From: Enoplolaimus lenunculus
Lineage: Eukaryota
Length of the DNA stretch: 64,000 bases
Assembly: GCA_030248215.1 (NCBI GenBank)
Contig: JASANG010001402.1
Coordinates: forward strand, 434,001-498,000
Reading direction: 5' to 3'
The stretch's first letter is position 1. Each line of letters begins with the position of its first letter. The position numbers and the translations under genes are program-made. Of this stretch, positions 14,517 to 27,779 are shown piece by piece. The notes under the pieces were generated by a model. That model saw only the letters and a program-made list of their open reading frames with translations. It was not told where the DNA came from and ran no database searches.

Positions 14517-14862
14517 CCAACAACAACAAACAACAACAACAAACAACCACAACCAACAACAACAAACAACAACAACAAACAACCACAACCAACAACAACA
14601 AACAACAACAACAAACAACCACAACCAACAACAACAAACAACAACAACAAACAACCACAACCAACAACAACAAACAACAACAACAAACAACCACAACCAA
14701 CAACAACAAACAACAACAACAAACAACCACAACCAACAACAACAAACAACAACAACAAACAACCACAACCAACAACAACAAACAACAACAACAAACAACC
14801 ACAACCAACAACAACAAACAACAACAACAAACAACAATAACAACCAACAACAACAACAACAA
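13766..14862. repeat. (CAA)n/(CAG)n compound microsatellite with a 36-bp higher-order unit in the 3' third
   Basis: Direct inspection; the minus-strand translation repeats VVVVCCCWLWLF with a 12-codon period. Confidence 0.95.
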
Positions 14863-15572
14863 ACCTTTCGCAAATCTCTCTAAGAATTTAGCTTTTTTGA
14901 TTGAGATTTGACGTTTTCAATTGATAACCGAATGAATTTTTCAACGCAGATAAAACGATGGTTAAATTATTTTTGCCAGCAGCCTTTGGAAACAGCTTTT
15001 AAATCTAGAGTCCATCTTTAAGTAGTGGGCTCGAATGGAGCCGCGATTGGTTCGTTTCAGTGAAATTAAGTCGATGTCTTTAATTGTGGATGGAAATATC
15101 ATAAAGGTCGATTTTGAACTCGAATCGGGATTTAAGTTTTGTTGCGTTGACTTTAATCCAGTGGTTTTCGATCAGGGGCAATTACAGTGTGGCCGATGTA
15201 AGGGAATCGGGGATGTATCACCCCCGCGCGCCGGTCCTGCATTGCTAAACATTCGTCGTTGAAAATGGTTCATTTGAAGTTCAAAATGTGTTTTCGTACC
15301 AAACAGGTAGACAAATATGGCAAGGAGTTGACTCGGACCGAAAAATTATGGCAGTTTCGGGGTAATTTGTCAATTTTAAAATCTTGAAAAATTGGCAAAA
15401 ATACGACGGTTTAAAGCTAAAATTTTCGAGTCCAAACAGTATCCTCTACTCCCAACTTGTAAAAATTCTACCGGAACTCGTACTGCTTCTGTCTGTGACC
15501 ACCTGGTATGTTTTGGTTTAATATTTTGAAAAAGTTTAAACTTTTTCAAAATTTGAGTTTGATTCCAAAATG

Positions 15573-15751
15573 GGCCAATGTTACTGTAAGGGGCGTAACA
15601 GTAAGCGTATTCCTAAGCGTAAGCCTAAGCATTGCAAAAGCGAATTCCTAAGCCACAGTGTAAGCAGAAACCTCAGCAAAAAATGGAATTCTAAACCTCC
15701 TCGTTTATGGACCCACCAGAAACCTGGACGCCCCTTAAAGTAACGCGGGCC
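15573..15751. mobile_element. TTAGGC-bearing MITE, subfamily C
   Basis: GGCCAATGTTAC...GTAACGCGGGCC; TSD ccaaaatg/ccaaattg. Confidence 0.78.
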
Positions 15752-16132
15752 CCAAATTGAAATGTGAACGACGAAGTAAAGTATTATTTAACTTGAAATT
15801 GCTTAACGCATCGCTCAAAACACAACAAAGTCTACAAGGAAAACACTGCCTTGGTCGATTTTCAATACGTTTAGGTGACACTTCCGGTTGTTTTTGTTGA
15901 ATTTTTAGTCGAATTTTGTCGACTTAAATTTTAATTCAAATTTTTAGTTTTTTAAAACGAAAAATTCATCCATTTACTCTCTATTGAGAGTTCGTTTTAT
16001 GGGGAAACTGTGTGTAGCACCTATCGCTAGTTTTATATTGTTTGTTTAGGTAGGAACCAGGACTTCAGACCTTTTTACTATCGAAAACGCAGATTTACAG
16101 GAGCGCCTCAAATTTGCGACGTTAGGATTCCG

Positions 16133-16342
16133 GGCCCATGTAAAGATCAGGGGCGGAACGTTTTTCTGTGAGAGACTAAAAAAGAGTAAGCTTGAGCTCT
16201 AGACTAATTTTTTTGCTTGACTTAGGTTTAGGTTTAGGCTTATAAATAAACTCATTCTTACACTTAGGCTTAGGCTTAGACTTAGGCTTAGGCTCAGGAA
16301 TATGCTTATAACACTGTTCAGCCCCTGTTCTTTACATTGACC
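16133..16342. mobile_element. TTAGGC-bearing MITE, subfamily B
   Basis: GGCCCATGTAAAGATCAGGGGC...GCCCCTGTTCTTTACATTGACC; TSD ggattccg/ggattctg. Confidence 0.82.
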
Positions 16343-16859
16343 GGATTCTGAGGCAAGCGCTTTACCACAGCGGCACGCAACTCGTCTCTCCAGCTGCTTC
16401 TATTGTCGACTATATGTCGATCGTATGCTGCGGGCTAGCATACATACAGTGCACTGCATTTTGTGCAAATAACGGACATCCATGCCTAACATATTTACAT
16501 GCCCGAATTTTCAATAGGGTCGTCCCTTGACCGTCCAATCTAACTTTCGACTGGTTATACGGTTTATAAAATGCTTTATAATTTTCGCAACAGTGTTTGA
16601 AACTTAGATTTTTCTTTAAATTCTTTATCAAATACGGATGTTTGTGCAAAATTGCCAAAAATAAATGCTAAAGATTCCATAATATTTTGACTTCATAAGT
16701 GAATAGAACATGTTTATTGGCTGCAGTGTACATTCTTCATCCACAGTTTGGGAAATTTTCTGATTTTACACACAACGCAAGCACTGCATTCGGCTTAATA
16801 CTTGATCAAAATAGTGACAACAATTGTTTGTTTTTTTGCTTTTTGGATATCAAAAGTTT

Positions 16860-17060
16860 GACCCATGTAAAGATCAGGGGCGGAACGTTTTCTTGTGGGA
16901 CTGCAATAGAACAAGTTTAAGCTATACACAATTTTTTGCTTGGCTTAGGTTTAGGCTTTAGGCTTAGGAATATGCTCATTCTTACGCTTAGGTTTACGCT
17001 TAAGCTTAGGTTTAGGAATATGCTCATAATACTGTTCCACCCCTGTTGTTTACATTAGCC
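16860..17060. mobile_element. TTAGGC-bearing MITE, subfamily B
   Basis: TIRs as above; perfect 8-bp TSD aaaagttt. Confidence 0.85.
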
Positions 17061-17359
17061 AAAAGTTTGTGTTTTCTAAATTGTTTTCGCCCGCAGTTTG
17101 ACAAAATTTTTCAAATTATACCACAAAAGTTAGGTATATGCTTAAACTATAATTATGCTTAAGTTTTACGACGAAACCAGCGAGAATAATTGGTTTAATT
17201 CGCCAAATATGGGGACTTTAGCTCTTGTACAGTTTCTTCCGCACGGGGAAAATACAGGTGCCTTGAAGGTTAATTCGAAACTCTGTAAAATATTATTTAT
17301 TTTTCTCATACTGCCAGAATTTTTGAGCATAAATCGCTTCAGCTCTCCGTAATACGCCG

Positions 17360-17545
17360 GGCCAATGTTACCTTTAAGAGCATAACAGTAGATTAAGCGT
17401 ATTCCTAAGCCTAAGCCTAAGCGTAAGCGTTGCAAAAATGTGTTCCTTAACCTAAGCCTAAGCAAAAAAAATGTAATCTACAATCTAATCCTACTCTTTT
17501 ATAGGACCACGAGTGACCTGGACGACCCTTAAAATAACATGGGCC
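17360..17545. mobile_element. TTAGGC-bearing MITE, subfamily C
   Basis: GGCCAATGTTAC...TAACATGGGCC; degenerate TSD atacgccg/attcgccc. Confidence 0.75.
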
Positions 17546-20332
17546 ATTCGCCCGATAAGATTACCCAATCAGGTATAACCAGCAAACGTGAAGTCTTTGC
17601 TCATTGGTTAATTCTTGAACCGAGACATTGAGTTCGCTTTTCAAAAACCAATCAACGTTTAAGGATTAATTTTTGAACACTAATTGGTGCTTTTAGTCTT
17701 CTCAGATCACACGCTGTCTCTCTAAATACTTCAGCATCTGTCATGCATGCGAGCTAAAGTATAATTATCTTTTCTAAAATGTATTTAGATTTTAGTTTCC
17801 TACAGTAAGTCGTTTCTAAATCCACTATACCCCCTACCTTCGAGTCAGAAGAACGAGCTATTAAAGCTGAGCTTACGAATTTGTATTAATTAGGTTTTAG
17901 GCAAAAATATTTGTTTCAACGCCAGAAAACAATTTTGAGCTATAAAGTTGGTGTAATCTTATTGTTTATGAAAGATGATTATTTGAGTTTATTAAATATC
18001 GCTTTATTACCCGCGGCAAGGTATATAATAAACAATCACACCATGAGATAATGCTCGTTAATAGACAAGAGTATGCAACTGGGCACATTCCGTGTAGAAA
18101 ATAAATTTATGATTTGCGTATAGTTTCCAAAGATGTGACAAAGCGTTAACTGGTATAACGTATATTTTTGATCAATTAAAGGATTTCTTTCAGATATTTA
18201 GCGACTTTTCAATATATATTTATGAACTAATCATCGATTCTACAGAAATTTTAACTCCCGACCCCCCACCCGTCTCTCCCGTATCTAAATACCCTGGTGT
18301 ATCCTAAGAAATTGGTCTATTGGGGGGGTCAAGATGACACTTTACTTACCATAGTTGAAAATAATTTGGTCCTATTTACCTTTGCGAATATCATAAACGT
18401 TGTGTAGTTTCCGACTTAAATTCTAAATACATGAGTTTCGTTTCTATCTGTAATCCCACCGATTTATAAGTTTCTCTTGATGATTAGGCTTAGGCTTAGG
18501 TTTGCATCAAATGTGGCCGCAATTATAACCGGGGAACAACGTTTATGCTATCACTGATATTGGTGGCCCAGGTACAATTGTTTTTGTTACGACTGTTCGG
18601 CTTTACGGATATACAGCCATATACAGCGGAGAATAGAACGCTCTTAGCTTTTTGAATCTGGCTGATAAGACATCTGAGGTTAAGAGAATTGGTGAATGTA
18701 TACAACAGGGCTGTAAAAGTAGTATAAGCGTATTCCTAAGCATAAGCTTAAGAATAAGTAAAACCTAAGCATTAACAAAAAATTAGTCTAAAGCTTTTAG
18801 CTTATTGTATTGCAGTCCCGCAGAAAAACGTTCCACGTATTAATTTTCATGTGCTGGATAATTAATAATATTTTTATTTTTTTCCTGCTGTATGTCAAAC
18901 TGTCTTGCATACTGACACCACCATTTCGCCTAGGCTTTAGTCTCAAGCTTAGGTACAAGAAAAGGTTTTACCTATGCCCTAAAACGACGCTAAGCCTTGA
19001 AAATCTATGCGGTTATACAGCGCCAGATTAAACGGTGGGCCCAGGCACCGGGCCGGCCACCCAAAAAAAGCCTCCCACCGTTACTGAAATCCGACGACAG
19101 GTTTCAAAGGTACACTAGCCATCGAAACCACTATGCGATTTTTGGTGAGTACTGATTGCGTTCTTCGGCCCAGTTATCTACAAGGGTATGCGCAAAATAC
19201 TTTCCCAAACTTTAAGAAAGCTGTTCTAAGAGTTAGAACTGTTCCCCACGGACCTGTCACAATCTTAATCCGATACCAGGGGGTATAAGTGTACAAAAAC
19301 CCGTTTCAATGGATCCCACGAGTGACAACGGTGGCTGCGTCCAAGCCATACTTGACATTTCGAACAAATTTTGCATGAAACTCGCTGGTGTGTACTCAAC
19401 TCTGCTCGTTGCCGTGTCTCTAGTCTTGGTAGTATCATATTTCTGTTCTCAAACGACGGTGTCGCAGCGTAGTAGCAGTTCTTGAACTAAAATGCACGCA
19501 GAGTCAAAATTCTATGCTCTTGTCTTGAATATATCACAGTTTAACTCTGTGTATTCAGTTATTATTTTACGTTGAAATTCGAATCTTAGTTTTGTCTTGA
19601 GTAACTATTTGAAGGGGGTTTGATTTGAACTGACTTTGGGTTGATATATCGGGTAACAATATAACTTAAATGGGTGGTTACAATTATCACGTGCAATATT
19701 TGGCCGGGACAACTTGCAGCTGCAATTTGCATACCTGACGCGTTTTGCATGCACATACTTACAGCTGCAACATTTGTGTAAGGGTTTTGGCTCAAAAATC
19801 CATGCATAAATGTTACAGCTGCAAGTGGGGTCGGTGAAAACCATAAGTATGCAAGTTGCAGGTCTTCGTCCTGCAAAATATTGCACTTGCAAATTCCATG
19901 AATATTTGCATTTGTTTGGCATTAGTTAATGATAATTTTTGGAAATTGTTTACGAAATTTTGTTATATTGGCATGGTGTGGTCGATTTGAACTATTCTTA
20001 ACGTTATTACGTTAATTATTGTTTGTATTTGATAAATCATTTGCAAATAAAGGCCAGGTCGCCCTCAAAAAAATAACATTAAAAATGACCTCCATGCAAG
20101 GCAAGTTAACTATGGCAAAATATTAGACACAAACCCAGGTCGAAGTTGTCGTTTAATTCATCCAAATCGTTCGATTCAACTCAACCATGGGAACAAGTGT
20201 GACAGACTCGTGTAAAGTTTGTCTGTCTTGATTATTTATATGTGTATAACTTGTGAAAACTCGTACATTTTTCAATATATCAATCATAATTGGAAATAGT
20301 ACTTTCAGAGTTATATACATATACACATATTA

Positions 20333-20516
20333 CGCCCATATTACTGTTAGGGGTGTCCAGGTTTCTGGTGGTGGTTCGTAAAAAAGTAGATTTAAATTCT
20401 AGATTACACTTTTTGGCTTATTCTTAGGCTTAAAGTTAGGCTTAGCGCTTTGACTTAGGTTTAGTCTTAGGAATACGCTTAATCTACTGGTACGCCCCTA
20501 AAAGTAACAGTGGTCG
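20333..20516. mobile_element. TTAGGC-bearing MITE, subfamily C (degenerate)
   Basis: Colinear with the copy at 34040-34236. Confidence 0.7.
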
Positions 20517-21441
20517 ACATATACATATACGGACATCGAGAATAAAATAATGGATTATGTACGTTATTTAAGTAGTATTTTGGTCAATGAGTTCAAACCA
20601 GCCAAAATTGTGCTTTTTTGAGCCAATTTTTTCCACAACCTTGTCACGCGACATTTTGCAGGTGTAAAACGTGTGGATGTTGAAATGTGTTGTATTTTTA
20701 CGTATCGTCCACTTATGGTTAACTTAATATACCGATGTGTATGCCAGGCCCGTAGTCTGACCATGAGGCCTAAAAAATTTCAGGAGGAGCATACAAAGGT
20801 TTTCATTGACTTAACAAGCAAGATTGAAAATTTACTTAGAGGGGGCCACAATTGTTCCAGGGAGGGCTGAGCCGGCCGTGGAACGATCGAGGTACGGCTC
20901 TGCTGCATATCCCCGTTGTATACGCATCTTTCCATTACTAGCACCACCACATCATCCATTGGTCCTTGTTCCTAACCGGTCGTATCCACTGGATCATTGC
21001 CGGATAGACGCCAAACGCAGTCTTAATACTAAATCTTGATGCAAAATTTTGATTCTTATCACAATCAGGGTAGCCAGAACTGTGTGGGTCCATGTGGGTT
21101 CACGCCAGCAAAAGGGACCTTCGCTTCTCAACTATTGAGTTATGTGAAGGGAAAAGTGAATTTCGTCTGATCACCAAATAAATTTTCTTCTAAAAACTTC
21201 GGTTTTCGCAAGCTTTTTCACTGAAAGCATATAACAACACCCGTTTGTTGTTGCTTTTACAAGTTATACAATCGCGTTCCAACTGATTTCAGGTGGTGCA
21301 CGCAGTTGAGAATACGAGTCCTATCGGCTTTGTTCCGAGCAACTAAGCCTAAGAACAAATATGCAAAAATTTGCACCGGAGCCTGTTGTCTTTCCAGGGG
21401 GGGCTAACAAGTTTCTCGCTATATTTTTGAATACGCGATGG

Positions 21442-21653
21442 CACTGCAAAAAATGGGGAGTCAGATATCACTCTGTCCAAAATAGGCTCTACTTGACTAC
21501 ACAAACAGAGCCAAATTCAACTCCGCCATTGAGTCAAACGTGCGACTCAATGAGTCGAATTTGACTGTGGCAAAGTCGTATTTGACACAGTTTGTGTAGT
21601 TCCGTAGAGCCTATTTCGAAGAGACTCAATTTGACTCATCATTTTTTGCACTG
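21442..21653. mobile_element. Palindromic GAGTC MITE (degenerate)
   Basis: Same family as 40164-40366. Confidence 0.72.
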
Positions 21654-21896
21654 TGTATAGTTAAAATTATTTCAATTTAATCATTAGGCACGAAACTCAA
21701 AACAGCGATAGGTTTAGCTGTCTATTGCTGCACCCGCTGGTTGGTTACTTGCCTGAATTGGTGTTTTATTTGAGTTTTTAAATTCAACCAGGTTGAATCC
21801 TAATTACTATTGACAGTTTAAAAAACAATCAATATCAAGCATGTGCTTAACAGTTAACTCTCTTGATATCGACAACAGAAACTGCATAGATTGTTC

Positions 21897-22044
21897 GACC
21901 CATGCGTAGAACAGGGCCGGATCGCTTTCCGGAGGGGCTATAATAGAGTCGGTTTAAGCTTTAGACTATGTTTTTGCTTAGGCTTAGGCTTAGGCTTAGG
22001 AATATGCTTATACTACTGTTCCGGTCCTGTTCTATACATGGGCC
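21897..22044. mobile_element. TTAGGC-bearing MITE, subfamily A
   Basis: TIRs as at 1826; TSD gattgttc/gatggttc. Confidence 0.82.
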
Positions 22045-22848
22045 GATGGTTCTATACGTTGGTGCTAATTTTGTGTCTTATATACCATATTTTGGTGTAC
22101 TAAAACCAGTTCAAATAGTCGAGTTGAGTTACGGACACTGTTTCGTAGGTTAAGATTTAAAAATTAATTTCAATTTTGTGCGAATATCCATTTTTTATCA
22201 CAAACAAATTATGGATAATAAATCCCAAAACACTTTAATCCTGAGTTTCAAAATGAATTTTCTCATAAATAATTTTGAAGGGACCGAATAATTTGGAAGG
22301 GGGCTACAATTGCAATTCATGATAGTTTAGTTTTCGACCGAGTCTATTCGGGGGGGGCACCAGCCAAAGTTGAGTGGGCACGGCCCTCCAATTCCCACCC
22401 GTAGGGACACTCCTGCATCATACGGTAAATACCGAAAACGTTTTCTAAAGGCGTCCACGCTAACGTTAAACTTTTCTGGGACCCATAAATTTTAAGACGA
22501 CACTCAACTGTGTAACCCAGGGTGAATGGTATCGTGCAGAACCGGGGTGAGGGGTGACATTTTTTAGTTGACAACACCATCCTGTGGCCCCCGTGAAACA
22601 GTTCGTGTAAAGTACGGGGTTGGTTTTGATTTTAAAAATTAATTTAAGTTTTAAAATATGGTATTAACAGCTTAATTTAGAATTGCATAATTTGAGTATT
22701 AACCATTCATTATATAATAACGACGTGGTTAATCCATCACTTCATTTTTGACACTTTTACATCAAAATACCACCACCACTATTGCCACAGTGTTGTCAGA
22801 CGAGCGTTTTTACTCCGTTACCCATGGTACAACATGTTGAAATGCTAC

Positions 22849-22849
22849 A

Positions 22850-22884
<35 letters not shown>

Positions 22885-23300
22885 TAATAATAATAACAAT
22901 AATAATAATAATAATAAAAATAACAATAATAATAATAATAATAACAATAATAACAATAATAATAATAATAATAATTTAAGATAAGTAATACTTACATTAA
23001 CTAAAAATATTACGAACTAATATATGATATTATATAATTATATATAAACAAAAATATTAATAGTAATTATTATTATAATTGTTATTATTATTATTAGTGT
23101 TAGTATTAGTAGTATTATTGTAGTAACAATGATATGTAAATAAATGAATAACAAAAATAGTAGTAATAATTAAAGTAAAATCAATTATGACAACAATAAT
23201 AATAACAATGATAAAAATAATCATAATAAATATTATGACAATAATAATACTAATCATAATGACGACAACAACAATAATAATATATAATAATAAAAATAAC
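22849..23300. repeat. (AAT)n microsatellite and degenerate AT-rich low-complexity tract
   Basis: Direct inspection. Confidence 0.9.
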
Positions 23301-23651
23301 ACATTAATCGCAACAGAAGTGTGCAATAATTGCATAACAAATCGACACCAAACGTGTTGATTTGCAGTGCAATTTTTTAAGACAAATTATATTAAAAAAA
23401 TTTTTGCAATTTTTTGCAATTCAACATTTTGTGGATTTAAATTTTAAATAGCGAGTTTGCCTGTCTGAGTTCAAGGTCTCGCGTTTGGTGAGTACGAGTG
23501 ATGGGCAAAAGTCAGTTTAAGGTATTTGGCAGTACACAATGGGATCGTTTGACGCTTTTTAGAATTTTACACCTTGCAGTTCGGATAATTGATTACCTAC
23601 GAGAAAACAATTGTGTTGTTGAGAAACGCTGTTGGGAATGCTACAAGTGTA

Positions 23652-23852
23652 CAATGTCAAAAAATGGTGAGTCAAATTGGCTCTCTTCGAAATAGGCATT
23701 GTCTGACTACACAAACTAAGTCAAAATTAGACACCGTATGAGTCAAATTCGACTCAATTTGACTGTGGCGGAGTCGGATTTTGACTCATTTTGTGTAGTC
23801 AGCAAAAACCTATTTCGGAGAGAGTCAATTTGACTCACCATTTTTTGCAGTG
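23652..23852. mobile_element. Palindromic GAGTC MITE
   Basis: Same family as 40164-40366. Confidence 0.75.
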
Positions 23853-24820
23853 TAGAATCTTTAGGAAAGTATTTTGGAATATTTTTTATGTTTCAACATT
23901 TGAATATATCTATGTATATACTGGTCAACGTGATTGCAAATTTGCAACCCTAAAATATTCTTCATTAAACTTTTTAAGAATGTATTCTAATATGTTTCTG
24001 TCAAGATTGTTAGTTCGCAGAAAAATAAAAACCAACAAAACGCGCTACATTTGCGTAAAGTTACTACTTGAAACATTTTGCATTTATCTAACGATTTTCA
24101 ATGATAACTTAGTTTCCTGAGGCAATACGGTATTTTTCTGAATAAACCACCTCGTTTTTGATATAAGCAGCCGAAATATGTTTACCAGTCTGGTCTTATA
24201 TTCTCTCAACTGTGCATTGCACCAGTGTAACCAAATTAGCGATAGGATATGGAAATTTAGGATCAATTATGCCACTCCTGACTAATAAATTTAAATGCGA
24301 GTGACCCCAGTTGCCGTCGAGTGAAACTTAAAAATATTGTGCTAAATTGCCGACAGGGTGTATATACCATAATTTTTTCGTATTTCAGTTTTAATAATAA
24401 TAATAATAATGATTCCAGAGTACTATTTAAGTACTCAAACATTAAACCTTCACATTGTTTTAATAACTCTGGTAGTAATTATATTTGCGTCATGCTCAAC
24501 CGCACGTGGACCAACAAGTGGAGGTACGTGTCGTAATTTGTGCATGTGTATAGCATCTATTACCAGTTAGCAATGTAATGTTTGAAGCTTTCGAACGACC
24601 AAATACTGATAATTAAAGTTTTATTTGGTCCATCTCAAATAGACGCATGCAAATTTGACAAATTTCACGTTCCTAAATGTTTGTTTCAAAACCTATTTCT
24701 TAGCGATAACAATAGGCTACATACATATTAGAAAATAACAGACAACCTTGTGAGGTATATTATTGTTTTTCAGTCCAAGTAGAACGGTACGCTTTGACAA
24801 ATATTCTTTTTAGAAACCTT

Positions 24821-25005
24821 GGCCAATGTATAGAACAGGGCCGGATCGTTTTCCGGCGGGGCTGTAATAGGGTCAGTTTAAGCTTTTAGACTAACTATGT
24901 TGCTTAGGTTAAGGCCAGGCTTTGGCTTAGACTTAGGCTTTGTCTTTGGCTTAGGCTTAGGAATATGCTTATGCTACTGTTCCAGCCCTGTTCTAGACAT
25001 GGGCT
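24821..25005. mobile_element. TTAGGC-bearing MITE, subfamily A
   Basis: GGCCAATGTATAGAACAGGG...CCCTGTTCTAGACATGGGCT. Confidence 0.78.
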
Positions 25006-25086
25006 GAAAATTTTAACTGCATATTCTGAGTAAACAAAGCTTATTGCTCATAAACTGTCAGATGCGTGCTGTGCTATATTCAGCTG

Positions 25087-25336
25087 CACTGTAAATTCCA
25101 GTGAGTTGATTTTAATTCAGAATGAGTTGAATCGCTCAGTCTGAGTTAGGACTATCAGAACTCAGAATTGTGAGTTGATTCAACTGAATCTGAGTTAATT
25201 GATCATATCATCCAGAGTCAACCCAATTCGGACTCAGAATTAACTCAACTCAGAGTGAGTTAAAGTTTTCTGTTATTAACTCAGAAATAACTAACTAAGT
25301 CTGAGTTGAATAATTAACTAAGCGGAGTTTACAGTG
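25087..25336. mobile_element. Palindromic GAGTT/AACTC MITE (CACTGTAAATTCC TIR)
   Basis: CACTGTAAATTCC...GGAGTTTACAGTG; second copy at 36925-37134, fragment near 60360-60570. Confidence 0.72.
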
Positions 25337-26592
25337 TGGCGCGTCGCCACATGATCGGATCATTAAAGTTTTCACTCTTGCACAGTATACTCTCACATTT
25401 ATACGCTTGTTTAAGCCTATACCTAAACCTAAGGCATTTGATTATGTTTTGCCTAATCCTTTTACTAAGGCTACGGTAAAGCAGAAAGCAGACATTCTCA
25501 TTGAAATATATATACCTCACTGCGATTGGCTTAAAAATAGTACGGTGCTTAAATTTTCTGAACACACGAAAAACTTCTTGGACCCCATCGAGTGTACATT
25601 TTTTCATTGGCGAAGTAGTACCACCAATCATATTTCGCCACGTATTCGGGCCCGTAGCCAGGAGGCGGCCAGGGGGAGGCTCGGCCAAATGGAAACATTT
25701 TGCCCACTCTAGAATATTTTCAACCTTGCTTGTAAGTCAACGAAAACTCCTTTATGCCCATCTGAAAATTTTTTAGTCCCATTAGCAAGGTGAGCTGGCT
25801 ACGAACCTGTACGAATTTTGTAAACATTTTCAAATTTTCAAAGCATTCTATTCGGTTAAGAATGTTAGGCAACATTACCTTAGATTAGCTCGTCGTTAGC
25901 TTAGAGTCGGTTCGCTAAGTAAACAATTTTCCGCTTCAGTTGACCGAAGGATTAAATGTCGCGTTCAATTTGAACACAATGAATTGAATTTTAATTGCAA
26001 AATATTGCAGGTTTCGTCGTGCGTGCGACTGCAGTCTATCGCTACCTCATACGCACGTGCTAATTGCAGGCTTAATTTACATATTCGGATAACAATGCAA
26101 ATATAAGCTAGGTTGCACAGGCTCGTAGCCAGCTTACTTTACTAGCGAGGGGTTAAAAATGTTATAGGATGGGCATACAAAGGTTTCGTTGACGTTACAA
26201 GCAATGTTGAAAATTTGGGCCAATACTTTTTCAAAGGAGACTCAGCCCCACTCCAGGCCCAGCCATGGCTACGGGCCCGAGGTTGCATCGCTGACAAGGC
26301 CACGCGACACGGAATTCAGCCTAAAAGCGTTTAGTTGTATGCGCTGTTTCAAACAAACTTTGTCCATTGCGATTTTTGGTTTAAACCACCTGTTCATTCT
26401 GACTGTGGACTTTGAATATTACTTTGAATAACAAATCCTTCCCATCGGCGCACCGCAACTTTATCACCTTATCCCAGGGACGTAAATAGGGATCTTGTTT
26501 AATGGACCCCCACAAGTTGAGCGATTTGCGATTTTGTGAAACCGCATTTTGATGATTCAAATTGCGGCGGAAACTATTTCTAAAAGGTGGTA

Positions 26593-26805
26593 CACTGCAC
26601 AAGAATGGTGAGTCAATTTGACTCTGTCCGAAATAGGCTTTTCGGTACTGCACAAATTGAGTCAAAATTCGACTCCACCAGAGTCACTTTCGACTCGTTG
26701 AGTTGCGCGTTTGATTCTGGCACAGTTGAATTTTTACCTCAGTTTGTGTAGTCCTGAAACGCCTATTTCGGACAGAGTCTATTTGACTCACTAGTTTTTG
26801 CAGTG
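26593..26805. mobile_element. TA-flanked palindromic GAGTC MITE
   Basis: Same family as 40164-40366. Confidence 0.8.
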
Positions 26806-27594
26806 TAGAATTTTTGGACAGTGACAAAGCAGTCTCCTAACCCCCTTTCAGCAATTTCAATGCTCGATACAATATATCCCTTCCTACAAATTCTGAAGAT
26901 ACGATGAACGGACAATTTTAATACTCAGGCAATAGAATAAATACGCCTAAAATGTTCAATGTTGAAACCAATTTTTCGGATACTTTTAAACATTTACGTT
27001 ATACCCACGAGTCTTGGCTACGGCGCTGTCGCTAATGGCACCCTTGGACAGTTGAGTTGAACAATTCTTTCAACCTGTCAAAATCGATCATAATTATACA
27101 CGCCAGTGAAAATTCTATATTCAGTTCAAACAACGCAGCTTTATCCTATATGTTATTTTGATAGTTGATTTAAGAACAAAAGCTTAAAAGTGACACAGAG
27201 CTCAGGTTTAGGCTTATGTCTGTACCCTGGTACGTGTAATTTGACAGCCTTTGGTTTGAGTTTCAAGCACAAACTGGACCGATAAATTGTTGCAACCAAA
27301 GGAATAGGGGGTGAAACTCATACAGGACGATTTAGATTTTTTAGTATATATATTTTTTGCTAAAAAAGACAGATAAAAATATCACACGAACCTCCATATT
27401 TTTGTCTGTTATTAGTGTTGTCAATAATTTAGACAGGGCTTGAGTATCTTTATTTGGGCATAATATAGTCATAGCTGTCATTTGTATACAACTGGTGACA
27501 GTTTTAGGCTCGGAAAATCAAAATCGGTTCAGCAAACTTCAGGCAAACGTCAAAAACTAAGCCAACGATTCTGGTTAGGTTTCCCACCGCCATT

Positions 27595-27779
27595 GACCAA
27601 TGTCACTTTAAAGGGCGTAACAGTAGACTAAGCGTATTCCTAAGCCTAAGCCTAAGCCTAAGCGTTGCAAAAATGAATTCCTAAGCCTAAGCCTAAGCAA
27701 CAAAATGTAATCTAAAATCTAGACCTACTATTTTATAGACCCACCAGAAACCAGGACGCCCCTTAAAGTAACATGGGCA
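27595..27779. mobile_element. TTAGGC-bearing MITE, subfamily C
   Basis: Perfect TSD ccgccatt; GCCTAA runs. Confidence 0.85.

Noticed and set aside
13614..14873. Long minus-strand ORFs (419, 370, 206 and 147 aa)
   Set aside because: Poly-C/L/V translations of a stop-free CAA microsatellite; no splice or domain support.
23452..23487. Micro-exon with a strong GTGAGT donor upstream of FGFRL1
   Set aside because: Contains an in-frame TGA in the phase needed to join the Ig1 exon.
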